DNA of 63,652 nucleotides, counting the filler, from Octopus bimaculoides (lineage: Eukaryota), in the NCBI RefSeq assembly GCF_001194135.2. It is 6 parts of 6 records of this genome, joined end to end, with 100 filler letters (N's around TTAATTAATTAA, not from the genome) between each part and the next. Parts side by side here need not be neighbours in the genome. Positions count along the whole stretch, not along the records: positions 42,531 to 54,746 come from NC_068988.1; positions 54,847 to 57,926 come from NC_068983.1; positions 58,027 to 61,768 come from NC_069005.1; positions 61,869 to 63,652 come from NW_026323943.1; 2 more parts are not named here. One strand, written 5' to 3'. Below are positions 53,040 through 63,652 of this stretch, piece by piece. The notes below the pieces were generated by a model. The model did no database searches. It was not told the origin of the DNA and was given only the letters and a program-made list of their open reading frames with translations. The translations under genes were made by a program, and so were the position numbers. Positions within the stretch are counted from its first letter, which is position 1. The number at the start of each line of letters is the position of its first letter.

Positions 53040-53723
53040 TGTATGTATATACACAAGCACCATTTGAATAATAAATTTTTTTACACTTCAGAGTACATAT
53101 GAACGAAAAAAAAGAAAGAAAAGAAAAGGAAAGAGAGAGAATGAGAAAAGACGAATGAACTAATGGTTATTAATTAGTCAAGTAATTTCTAGACAAATAG
53201 TCGCCCCTCTAATAAGAATCTGTCATACCTCGCGTAAATTTCATACACATAATCCAGTTGTTGTCATGTAATTTACGGAAGGTGGTTATTCACTAAGGAG
53301 TAGCACCAAATTTTTGTTGCATGGGACCAAGACTATGAAATTCTTCACGCTTTCTTCCATCATTGAAGCTAAGATGAATATATTTTGCTTTTAAAATAGA
53401 AAAAAATTATTTAGATCTAAACTTGATTGGAGGTGTTACTTACTTTCCTATAACGTTGTTACAAATTTTGAGGTAAACTTTTTTCTACTGAACCAAATCT
53501 AAATTTTTATTATGCCAAAATATAGCTAGGGACCAGGTCACCTCTTCAAAAATGTTAACAGTTTTGACTGAATTAGTGACGAGCTCTGTGCTGCGCGTGA
53601 GAAATTTGCAACCTTAAGAGTGTTATTCAACTACTACCATAGTTGAATGATTCATATATACACACATACGCACGCACGCACGCACACACACACACACACA
53701 TGCATACGTGTGTATGTGCGTGC

Positions 53724-53775
<52 letters not shown>

Positions 53776-53954
53776 GTGCATGCACGTATGTATGTAACTC
53801 TCTGCGTACGTCTCAGCAATGTGGTTATTTGCATTTGCTGCGGTAAATGTTTAAAGTGAAATTAGATATTGAATCACAGCAGGAAGATGACATGCTACGT
53901 GGAGTCTTGAACTCATCAATAGCCATCGTACTTCTTACTGCGTAGACAAGAATT

Positions 53955-54017
<63 letters not shown>

Positions 54018-54222
54018 CTTCTCACGGACGTGCTGTCACATCGGCTGCGAAGGTAAACGTTTATTTGACCTTTTACTGTCCACATTTTGTTGGAATTTTT
54101 AAATAATTTTGTTGCGAAGCACCTAGGCTTCATTTGTGTGTATTTTCAAGGGCAGGAATTGGCCCCCAGGGGCAGTTTCGGCCCTAGCAAAATACAAAAA
54201 TTTCCTTCTTGACATTTGAAAA

Positions 54223-54552
54223 ATGTCGAGAAACATAATTTTGGAACGCTTGTCTTGTTCTTTTGACAAGCATTTCCCGAGGCTTCAGATGCCAGAAGAG
54301 AAAAAAGAACAGAATAGCGCGTACTCACACAGTGACAGGAACGCAGTTGCTGTAAACGTCACAAAGACTGTGACTACAGCTACTAACAGCCCTCTCACCA
54401 CCACCACCAACACCACCACCAACACCAACAACGAAAACAAAACTGTAACCGAGGTTACAAAACCATGCGTAAAAACCGTCACAAATGTCTCTGACGTAAG
54501 CACCATTGCTGCTGACGCCGCCATCATCACCACCACCAACAACAACGACAAC

Positions 54553-54586
<34 letters not shown>

Positions 54587-54746
54587 ACAGCAACAATAAG
54601 CACGTAAAGTTATCGGCCGTCAGCAATGACACCATCACCTGTTCAACAAACTCTGCTGCCACTACCACCACCTTTGAACCAGGCAGTACATACACCAACA
54701 TAAACAAAAATATCCAGAAGAACATGTCCGCCAGCACAACAAAAAT
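54223..54746 (+). CDS. Possible terminal low-complexity (Thr/Asn-rich) coding exon
   Basis: About 175 codons open until the gap, with candidate phase-0 acceptors at 54269-70 and 54287-88. Partly trinucleotide repeat, so it could be non-coding. Confidence 0.3.
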
Positions 54747-54846
54747 NNNNNNNNNNNNNNNNNNNNNNNNNNNNNNNNNNNNNNNNNNNNTTAATTAATT
54801 AANNNNNNNNNNNNNNNNNNNNNNNNNNNNNNNNNNNNNNNNNNNN

Positions 54847-54887
<41 letters not shown>

Positions 54888-54890
<3 letters not shown>

Positions 54891-55025
54891 GACGGGCTTC
54901 TTTCCGTTTCCGACTATTAAATCCACTCACATGGTTTTAGTCCGCCCGAGGCTATAGTAGGAGTCACTTGTGCAAGGTGCCACGCAGTGGGACTGAACCT
55001 GGAACTATGTGTTGGGAAGCTAGCT
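54888..55025 (-). mobile_element. SINE family B 5' half
   Basis: Reverse complement of the 20060 head (aggtgccacgcagtgggactgaacc). Confidence 0.8.
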
Positions 55026-55542
55026 TCTAACTACAGAGCTATAAGTACAATCGTCTCCTTGTTAGCCATTAGAAAATTGCTCTCACGTGGCTTGTTTTGA
55101 CTCTTATTTCTAGCAGTGCTGGTGCATACTATCACCCTCCAGCATTTTAGTGACGAATGAAGTTGTTGCCTATCGATTCTAAATTGCGAATAGCCATCTT
55201 GATAATTTAAAATTCTCACTTCACCATTTTCGAAATCAGTCGATGCTTCCTATGGTGTTCTATATAAGGCTGAACAGGTGACTTAGGTTCTTTAACCCTC
55301 GGCGACCAACAAATTGGTCACTGATGAAGATTGATTAGATCTGAAATCAACGCTGATATAATTCCATCTCGCTGGTCGTATGGAAGGATCTGTTCCCTCT
55401 TGTCAATAGTTAGAAAAGTGCTCTATGAGCTGTTTTGACGCTTATTTATAGCAATAATGGTGCTTACATGCACCCACCCTCATTTTAGTGATAACTGTAC
55501 TTGTTACCTCTCGATTCTAAATTGCGAATAGTTACCTCCATA

Positions 55543-55583
<41 letters not shown>

Positions 55584-56642
55584 NNNNNNNNNNNNNNNNN
55601 NNNNNNNNNNNNNNNNNNNNNNNNNNNNNNNNNNNNNNNNNNNNNNNNNNNNNNNNNNNNNNNNNNNNNNNNNNNNNNNNNNNNNNNNNNNNNNNNNNNN
55701 NNNNNNNNNNNNNNNNNNNNNNNNNNNNNNNNNNNNNNNNNNNNNNNNNNNNNNNNNNNNNNNNNNNNNNNNNNNNNNNNNNNNNNNNNNNNNNNNNNNN
55801 NNNNNNNNNNNNNNNNNNNNNNNNNNNNNNNNNNNNNNNNNNNNNNNNNNNNNNNNNNNNNNNNNNNNNNNNNNNNNNNNNNNNNNNNNNNNNNNNNNNN
55901 NNNNNNNNNNNNNNNNNNNNNNNNNNNNNNNNNNNNNNNNNNNNNNNNNNNNNNNNNNNNNNNNNNNNNNNNNNNNNNNNNNNNNNNNNNNNNNNNNNNN
56001 NNNNNNNNNNNNNNNNNNNNNNNNNNNNNNNNNNNNNNNNNNNNNNNNNNNNNNNNNNNNNNNNNNNNNNNNNNNNNNNNNNNNNNNNNNNNNNNNNNNN
56101 NNNNNNNNNNNNNNNNNNNNNNNNNNNNNNNNNNNNNNNNNNNNNNNNNNNNNNNNNNNNNNNNNNNNNNNNNNNNNNNNNNNNNNNNNNNNNNNNNNNN
56201 NNNNNNNNNNNNNNNNNNNNNNNNNNNNNNNNNNNNNNNNNNNNNNNNNNNNNNNNNNNNNNNNNNNNNNNNNNNNNNNNNNNNNNNNNNNNNNNNNNNN
56301 NNNNNNNNNNNNNNNNNNNNNNNNNNNNNNNNNNNNNNNNNNNNNNNNNNNNNNNNNNNNNNNNNNNNNNNNNNNNNNNNNNNNNNNNNNNNNNNNNNNN
56401 NNNNNNNNNNNNNNNNNNNNNNNNNNNNNNNNNNNNNNNNNNNNNNNNNNNNNNNNNNNNNNNNNNNNNNNNNNNNNNNNNNNNNNNNNNNNNNNNNNNN
56501 NNNNNNNNNNNNNNNNNNNNNNNNNNNNNNNNNNNNNNNNNNNNNNNNNNNNATATATATACACACACATATATACTTATGTATAAAGAGAGAGAGTGAT
56601 GGAGAGGAAGTAATTGAGAAAGTTTTATAAATCCGCATGCTG

Positions 56643-56673
<31 letters not shown>

Positions 56674-56690
56674 GATAGATAGATAAATAA

Positions 56691-56763
<73 letters not shown>

Positions 56764-57647
56764 CAGACAATGAAGACTTGTGTAAAAAGATCGATATACT
56801 GCTTAGTAGCTATTCGGGAAATAGGTAGACAACTTAATAAATAGATGAGTTTAACCAACATGCATTCAGAAGCTCATGGAGAAATTTAGCAGTCTATATT
56901 CATCGACTACGTTTATGTGATTATCTCGGCTGTATGTGTGCGTTTAAGAAGATTTCCAACATCATGATTTTACATCAGATCATTGATTTATTTAGTGAAT
57001 ATTTATATACAAATATTCGTTTTTTTCTTTTTCCATTTGATTGATCTAACCCCATAATACAAGTGCAGATGAAAGACTCTGTCTGCACTTGATTGAGGTT
57101 GAGTATTTCTATGTATGTTCATGCGTTTTGTGTAATGATTGGCTTATTTTAGTTACAAATACGGCAAGCAATAAAATTTTATAGCTGTATGTGAGCTTAT
57201 GTATGCATGTATGCATTAAGCTATTATGTATCTCTATACTGCATGTAACCATAATGTTTGTTCCCAATTTCTTCTTTGTAGGCATCTAGCAATATATTTT
57301 CTACATAAATCTCATTCTTCCACCAGACCTGTACGTATTGATATACTTATGCATATATATATATGTTTATGTGTGTGTGTGTGTGTGTGTGTGTGTATAA
57401 GTGTACGTGTACACACACACATGTATATGCAGGTATATACATAGATACATACGAGGGTACCTGCTGATACGATCAACGCAGCATTCGGCTCTTGAAATTA
57501 AAGTGCATGCGGCTGGGCACTCCAAAAATATGCGTATCTTTAGCGTAGTTCTCAGGGAGATTCAGTGCGACATTGTATATATTTACACGCACACACACAC
57601 ACATACACACACACACGAATATGTGTGTGTGCGTATGTGTGTGTGTG

Positions 57648-57701
<54 letters not shown>

Positions 57702-57721
57702 TTTTAGCTTTGAATTTGTTT

Positions 57722-57910
57722 AGTCATTAGACTGCGGCCATGCTGTGACGATTCCTTGAGGAGTTTATAGTCAAATGTATCGATCCTAGTACAATTTTTG
57801 CTTTTTAATCTGGTACTTATTCTATCGAACTTTTGTGCCGAACCGCTAATTTACGGGTGCATAAACACGCCAACACCGTTTGTCAAGCGGTGGAGGGGGA
57901 CAAACACAGA
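57722..57910 (-). mobile_element. SINE family B 3' half
   Basis: gactgcggccatgctg...tggtacttattctatcg...gccgaaccgcta...tgtcaagcggt...ggacaaacac. Confidence 0.7.
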
Positions 57911-58026
57911 CACACATAGACAGATANNNNNNNNNNNNNNNNNNNNNNNNNNNNNNNNNNNNNNNNNNNNTTAATTAATTAANNNNNNNNNNNNNNNNNN
58001 NNNNNNNNNNNNNNNNNNNNNNNNNN

Positions 58027-58248
58027 TCTTGTGCGGGTGGCACATAAAAGACACCATTTCGAGCGTGGCCGTTTTCGTGCGGGTGACACGTAAAAGCACC
58101 CACTACACTCTCTTAGTGGTTGGCATTAGGAAGGGCATCCAGCTGTAGAAACTCTGCCAAATTAGATTGGAGCCTGGTGTAGCCATCCAGTTGCACCAGT
58201 CCTCAGTCAAATCGTCCAACCCATGCTACCATGGAAAGCGGACGTTAA

Positions 58249-58280
<32 letters not shown>
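58027..58280 (+). mobile_element. SINE/LINE-tail family D with (GAT)n tail
   Basis: ggttggcattaggaagggcatccagctgtagaaactctgcc...catggaaagcggacgttaaatgatgatg; reverse complement of 61567-61768. Confidence 0.85.
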
Positions 58281-58283
58281 ATA

Positions 58284-59003
58284 TAGGGTGCAGGGAATAT
58301 ATTGACCAAATTTACATAAAAATATCTTGAAATACTAAGAGTAAGATTATTCAATAAAACTCCATTGGCTTCAACCACGACCTCAAAACGACTTCGGAAT
58401 CTCCTACAACTCGCCTGGACGGTCTCCTTGTTTAAGTTGGTGAATGCTGCCATAATCCTTGCCTTCAATTCATCTTTGGTGTTACAAGGAGTTTTGTTGG
58501 TCTCTCGCTCAACTGCACCCCACATAATAATCAAGGGGGTTGTAGTCTGGGGAGTTAGGTGATCAGATGTTAGGGGTGATGTGGTTGCAGAAATTGTCTG
58601 ACAGCCATGACTGGGTTCTCCTGCTTGTGTTGCATGGTGCAAAGTCCTGTTGCCAGACATAGGGTCTTATAGCAGCCATCCTCTTGACCCAAAGCAGCAC
58701 TAACTCCTCCAGGCACTTGATATAGGCCTTCAGGTTGAGTCTGAGGCCATGTGGGAAGATGAATGGAGGTCTAACATCGCCATCATCAATGATCACTCCA
58801 AACACCATGATATTGGTTGGATGTTTGATTTTTGTCACTCTCGGCACGTCCTCAGGTTGACACCCAGACACTCTGAAATGTTTGTATTGGAGCTTCTGGC
58901 ATGAATGCCAAGCAGTACAGCAAGTCATTTCTAAATTTCTAGCTGTGTGAATTGCATCATGGTGCTGTTTTTCTCATAGATGGCACCCAACTGACCCTAC
59001 TAT
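58284..59003 (-). mobile_element. maT (DD37D, Tc1/mariner superfamily) transposon fragment
   Basis: KHPTNIMVFGVI...PPFIFPHGLRLN...YVWQQD + 37 residues + NPLDY, with a TGG>TGA stop and a 2-nt deletion. Terminal ta|tagggtg at about 58284. Confidence 0.85.
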
Positions 59004-59543
59004 ACTGTGTAGTCGACAAAATAAAAAACAAACAATGCATATGTGCAAAATTAAAATGTGTGTGTGTGTGTGTGTGTGGGAATTGCATCATGGTGTTGTT
59101 TCTCTCACAGATGGTGCCCAGTATATATAACATGAAATTGTAAGATCCAAGAATCTAGATGTAGGAAGTTAATAAACTTCAAGCAGTCTGTAGTTGGTAT
59201 AAAAAACAACTTTCAGGAACAATAGTAGTCTCTTGGTATAGAAGGTTGTAGGTTTTTCCCATATCGAAATTTGATAAGCTGAAAAAAGTTTTTTGATAGT
59301 TCACAATTAGCAGCTAGGGTTGCTTTGAATGTGAATAAAAATCCAAAATGAGGGAATGGAGCAGGTAAAATCCAGGTTACATATGTTTCCTAGCTAGCGG
59401 AACCCCACAGAAGTAATAATTACTCAATGTGGAGTCTTCCACTAGCTACTCATCAGGCCTATGATACCTTAATTAAATGAAGGTTACATTGTCGTCAAGG
59501 GTTCCCAAGTTAACTAGCTGGAGGTGTAATTTATATATATATA

Positions 59544-60325
59544 CTAGAAGTAATGCCCATTGTTGATTGGGTAATTAATTACTTTTACTGTTTCTTGGGC
59601 CGAGAAGCTAGAAGAATGGGTATACCATATAGAAGAATAGTTTTATGGAATCCAGTTGACTGCGATGGCACTGAAAAGGCTGCAGGTCAAGTTGAACATT
59701 CATTTGTCACTGTTCTTTTTGATGTTTTAATAGGCAGTATGCCAAAGGAGAAATGAAAGATTCAGTTTGAATGTGAATGAAGCTAGAAGAATAGCTATAT
59801 CATATAAAAGAATAGCTTTATGGAATCCAGGTGACTGTGCAATGGCACTGAGAAGGCCACAGGTGAGAATGCCGTATGCCCAAGGAGAATTGAAAGATTC
59901 AGTTTGGAATCTGAGCCAGGGTGAGACTACAACTACAGATTTAGGTTTACTTGTCCTGTATGCGTGTATTATATAAGAGGAAAACATGTAATAATTGAAG
60001 TAGAAAAAAGATGGATTTCATATACAAACTTCTGTTTGTTCTTCAAGTTGGAATCCAGCAACTTTTAGTGTTTGGCCCTGAGTTTTATTAATGCTCAGAG
60101 CAAAGGAAAGTAGGATAGGAAACTGTAACAGCTTAAATTGGAATGGGACATTAGATGATATAACTGGTATGCGAGGAACGAAGACAGTGTCACCTTTACC
60201 ACAACCAGTGAGAATATTTGTCACAGTGCAGTTCCTCATAGGTTTGTGAACAATTAAGTGTTGTACCATTGCATAATTTTGGACAAACAAACGAACAAAT
60301 GGACAGAATCTCTGTTATATATATA
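59544..60325 (-). mobile_element. Non-autonomous Helitron carrying a PIF1-like helicase C-terminal fragment
   Basis: 60018-60290 reads ILTGCGKGDTVFVPRIPVISSNVPFQFKLLQFPILLSFALSINKTQGQTLK. The 3' end is CCC..GGG-cattactt-CTAG|T at 59544, and the 5' end is an (AT)n-AACAGAGATTCTGTC start. Confidence 0.85.
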
Positions 60326-60698
60326 AAAAATAATCTCTCTTGAACCATTCACTTTCATTTTGGTGGACAAACAAATGAATAATACATACAATAGATAATA
60401 GATAAATACAATAATAATAGATAGATATTTCGTTTTTGGATTTGGTTTGCAAGATTCTTTAGTTCATGTGTTGAAGCATATACTCTTGTGTCTGGGGAGA
60501 GTCATTCTCTTTTAGTGACTTATAATTTAACACACTCACCGTTAAAATTTCCACTTATTTCCTTCTTTATTTTTTGTTTTTTTAATAGATACATAATAGC
60601 TTCCCTTGAACCATTCCCTTTCATTTTGGTAGACAAACAAACGAACAAACACAGAAACAGACAGAATCTCTCTTTTATATATATATATGTGTGTGTGT

Positions 60699-61079
60699 GT
60701 GGAGGTGCAATGGCCCAGTGGTTAGGGCAGCAGACTCGCGGTCGTGGGATTGCAGTTTCGATTCCCAGACCAGGCGTTGTGAATGTTTGTTGAGCGAAAA
60801 CACCTAAAGATCCACAAGGCTTCGGCAGGGAGTGGTGGCGAACCCTGCTGTACTCTTTCACCACAACTTTCTCTCACTCTTTCTTCCTGTTTCTGTTGTG
60901 CCTGTATTTCAAAGGGCCAGACTTGTCACACCCTGTGCGACACTGGATCTCCACTAGAACTACGTTAAGAGTACATGTGTCTGTGGAATGCTCAGCCACT
61001 TGCACGTTAATTTCACGAGCAGGCTGTTCTGTTGATTCGATCAACTGGAGCCCTCATTGTCATAACTGACGGAGTACCA
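60699..61079 (+). mobile_element. SINE family C, full length
   Basis: ggaggtgcaatggcccagtggttagggcagc A-box-like, gtttcgattccc B-box-like, complete body. Confidence 0.9.
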
Positions 61080-61099
61080 TGATATATATAGAGAGAGAG

Positions 61100-61186
61100 C
61101 AAAAAAACATTGTCATATAATATATCAGCCAACAAAATGCTGCTACCATTTTGTTGGCTGATATATTATATGACAATGTTTTTTTG
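61100..61186. repeat. Perfect 40-bp inverted repeat with 7-nt loop
   Basis: 61100-61139 is the exact reverse complement of 61147-61186; loop CTGCTAC. Confidence 0.95.
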
Positions 61187-61260
61187 TTCTATATGTACAT
61201 TACTCATGTATGGGAGGCAGCTGGTAGCTGCATTTTGTTGGCTGATATATCATACGATAT

Positions 61261-61500
61261 ATATATGTTTTAGGAAGTTAAAAGTTATGGCCGGTCATAG
61301 AGTGACCATTGGTTTTGCACCTACAAAGCGTTTAGCAGTATAGGCAACTTGTCAGACTCAAATGGCTGGAGGCACAAGAGGTTATGCACCTTCAGCAATT
61401 TGTGTCTGATGAGTGACCTATACTGCTGAGTGCTTTATGGATGTAAAACCAATGGTCCCCTTATGATCAGCCATAATCTTTATCTTCCTAAAATATATAT
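61261..61500. mobile_element. 240-bp fold-back (palindromic MITE-like) element
   Basis: 61261-61376 aligns without gaps to the reverse complement of 61385-61500: 91/116 identical, 8-nt loop, TA-rich flanks. Confidence 0.85.
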
Positions 61501-61566
61501 TACTGCTCCAATGCTTTAAAGTATGCTTCTGTTTTTGAATATATGAACTACTGACGATATATATAT

Positions 61567-61768
61567 ATCATCATCATCATCATCATCGTTTAACGTCCGC
61601 TTTCCATGCTAGCATGGGTTGGACGATTTGACTGAGGACTGGTGAAACCGGATGGCAACACCAGGCTCCAGTCTAATTTGGCAGAGTTTCTACAGCTGGA
61701 TGCCCTTCCTAACGCCAACCACTCAGAGAGTGTAGTGGGTGCTTTTACGTGTCACCTGCACGAAAACG
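61567..61768 (-). mobile_element. Family D copy (cut by gap)
   Basis: catcatcgtttaacgtccgctttccatgctagcatgggttggacg...ggatgcccttcctaacgccaacc. Confidence 0.85.
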
Positions 61769-62119
61769 NNNNNNNNNNNNNNNNNNNNNNNNNNNNNNNN
61801 NNNNNNNNNNNNTTAATTAATTAANNNNNNNNNNNNNNNNNNNNNNNNNNNNNNNNNNNNNNNNNNNNGTGTGTGTGTGTAAGTATAAGTGCGTGCGTGT
61901 AAGTATAAATGCTTGTGTGTATGTGTGTGTGTGTTTGTGTGTGCGTGTGTGTGTGAGCGTACTGAGACACTGGATGTTCGCTCGTGCTTCTTCTAGTCTT
62001 GGTTACTTGAACTTAAAATGTATCCTAACTCTCGGAAATGCTGTGTTCACGTGCACATACATACATACACGTGACAATTTCTATGTTTGTGTCTGTATAT
62101 ATATACGTAGTTATATGTA

Positions 62120-62500
62120 TGTGTGCGTGTGTGGGTGGGTGTGTATATAAATATATATATATAGAGAGAGTATATATGTATGTATATGTATATATACATA
62201 TATATTGTGTGTGTATGTGTATGTGTTTGTATTTATGTGTACTTGATAGCTATATATAATTCATATATTGATATACAGATAGATATATAGATAGACAGAC
62301 AGACAGACGAATGGGCGGACATATGTGCGCATGTGAGTGGTTGTGTATACAAATATATAGAGAGTATATATATGTATGTATATGTATATATACATACATA
62401 TTTTGTGTGTGTATGTGTTTGTATTTATGTGTACTTGATAGCTGTATATAATATATATATAGATATACAGATAGATATATAAATAGACAGACAGACGGAC
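62120..62500. repeat. About 195-bp tandem duplication of microsatellite-rich sequence
   Basis: gtgtttgtatttatgtgtacttgatagct and flanking motifs occur twice (about 62225 and 62415). Confidence 0.7.
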
Positions 62501-62819
62501 GGACGGATAGATTATCGACGTTGCCCCAACACGATGAAGAATGTCCACGGAGTCGTAATTATGTTAGTAACATAGATGAATATATTAAACAAGTATCCGT
62601 GGTAACTGCAGCACACTAGCAACCGCCGACGTCACAGATTGTTATCGTACAGTTTCTTAGCCGTCATTAAATAGCAATAACATGAGGGTGTAGTACAAAC
62701 AAACCACAACTTACGGTCATCCTATTCATTCATTCAAACACATCCTGGCGGCGATTCATAGTCTCTCCATGAACACAATAGCTCTACTAATGACATCAGT
62801 GCAAATTTAAACCCGTTCC

Positions 62820-62881
<62 letters not shown>

Positions 62882-63228
62882 NNNNNNNNNNNNNNNNNNN
62901 NNNNNNNNNNNNNNNNNNNNNNNNNNNNNNNNNNNNNNNNNNNNNNNNNNNNNNNNNNNNNNNNNNNNNNNNNNNNNNNNNNNNNNNNNNNNNNNNNNNN
63001 NNNNNNNNNNNNNNNNNNNNNNNNNNNNNNNNNNNNNNNNNNNNNNNNNNNNNNNNNNNNNNNNNNNNNNNNNNNNNNNNNNNNNNNNNNNNNNNNNNNN
63101 NNNNNNNNNNNNNNNNNNNNNNNNNNNNNNNNNNNNNNNNNNNNNNNNNNNNNNNNNNNNNNNNNNNNNNNNNNNNNNNNNNNNNNNNNNNNNNNNNNNN
63201 NNNNNNNNNNNNNNNNNNNNNNNNNNNN

Positions 63229-63264
<36 letters not shown>

Positions 63265-63324
63265 GGACGGACGGACGAACGGACGGACGGACAGACATAC
63301 AGACAGACAGACAGACAGACAGAC

Positions 63325-63393
<69 letters not shown>

Positions 63394-63652
63394 TACATAC
63401 ACACATACCTGAATGGATGGATGGATGGATGGATGGATGGATAGATTGACAAAAAGACAAACAGATGACAGACAGACAGATAACAGACAGACAGACATAT
63501 ACCTATACGTATATACACACATACATACATATATGTGTGTGTATACCTATACGTATATACATACATACATACATAAAATATACAAACACAGAAGACAGCT
63601 GGATAGACAGATATGAATATAGTCATATACATACATATATACATACATACAT

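Noticed and set aside
57060-57092. 10-bp stem hairpin (also small palindromes near 9298 and 44024)
   Set aside because: Short enough to be expected by chance in about 55 kb of AT-rich DNA.

Overview
Eukaryotic, AT-rich draft-assembly DNA saturated with microsatellites and many N gaps. The SINE and LINE content and the microsatellite load match what I know of a coleoid cephalopod, most likely Octopus; this is recognition, not a database result. The window is almost entirely intronic sequence of one + strand gene, an SLC35F3/SLC35F4-like (EamA/DMT superfamily) membrane transporter. Two exons are clearly readable (4110-4326 and 21891-22013) and a Thr/Asn-rich ORF near 54.2-54.7 kb is a possible terminal exon. 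The phases of the two clear exons are incompatible, so at least one more exon must lie between them, probably in a gap. The rest is a graveyard of mobile DNA: at least four SINE-type families, RTE and R4/Dong-like LINE fragments, Penelope-like termini, a mariner with TIRs and TA duplication, a DD37D maT fragment, a Helitron and a Helentron-associated element. The most interesting non-coding signals are a cluster of fold-back structures at 61.1-61.5 kb, a decayed 152-bp tandem carrying hammerhead-ribozyme core motifs at 34.1-34.4 kb, and inverted SINEs flanking the first exon. The fold-back cluster is a perfect 40-bp hairpin with a competing third arm plus a 240-bp indel-free palindrome. I found no operon-like or CRISPR-like system and no clearly new protein-coding system. 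Most ORFs in the supplied track are microsatellite or gap artefacts.
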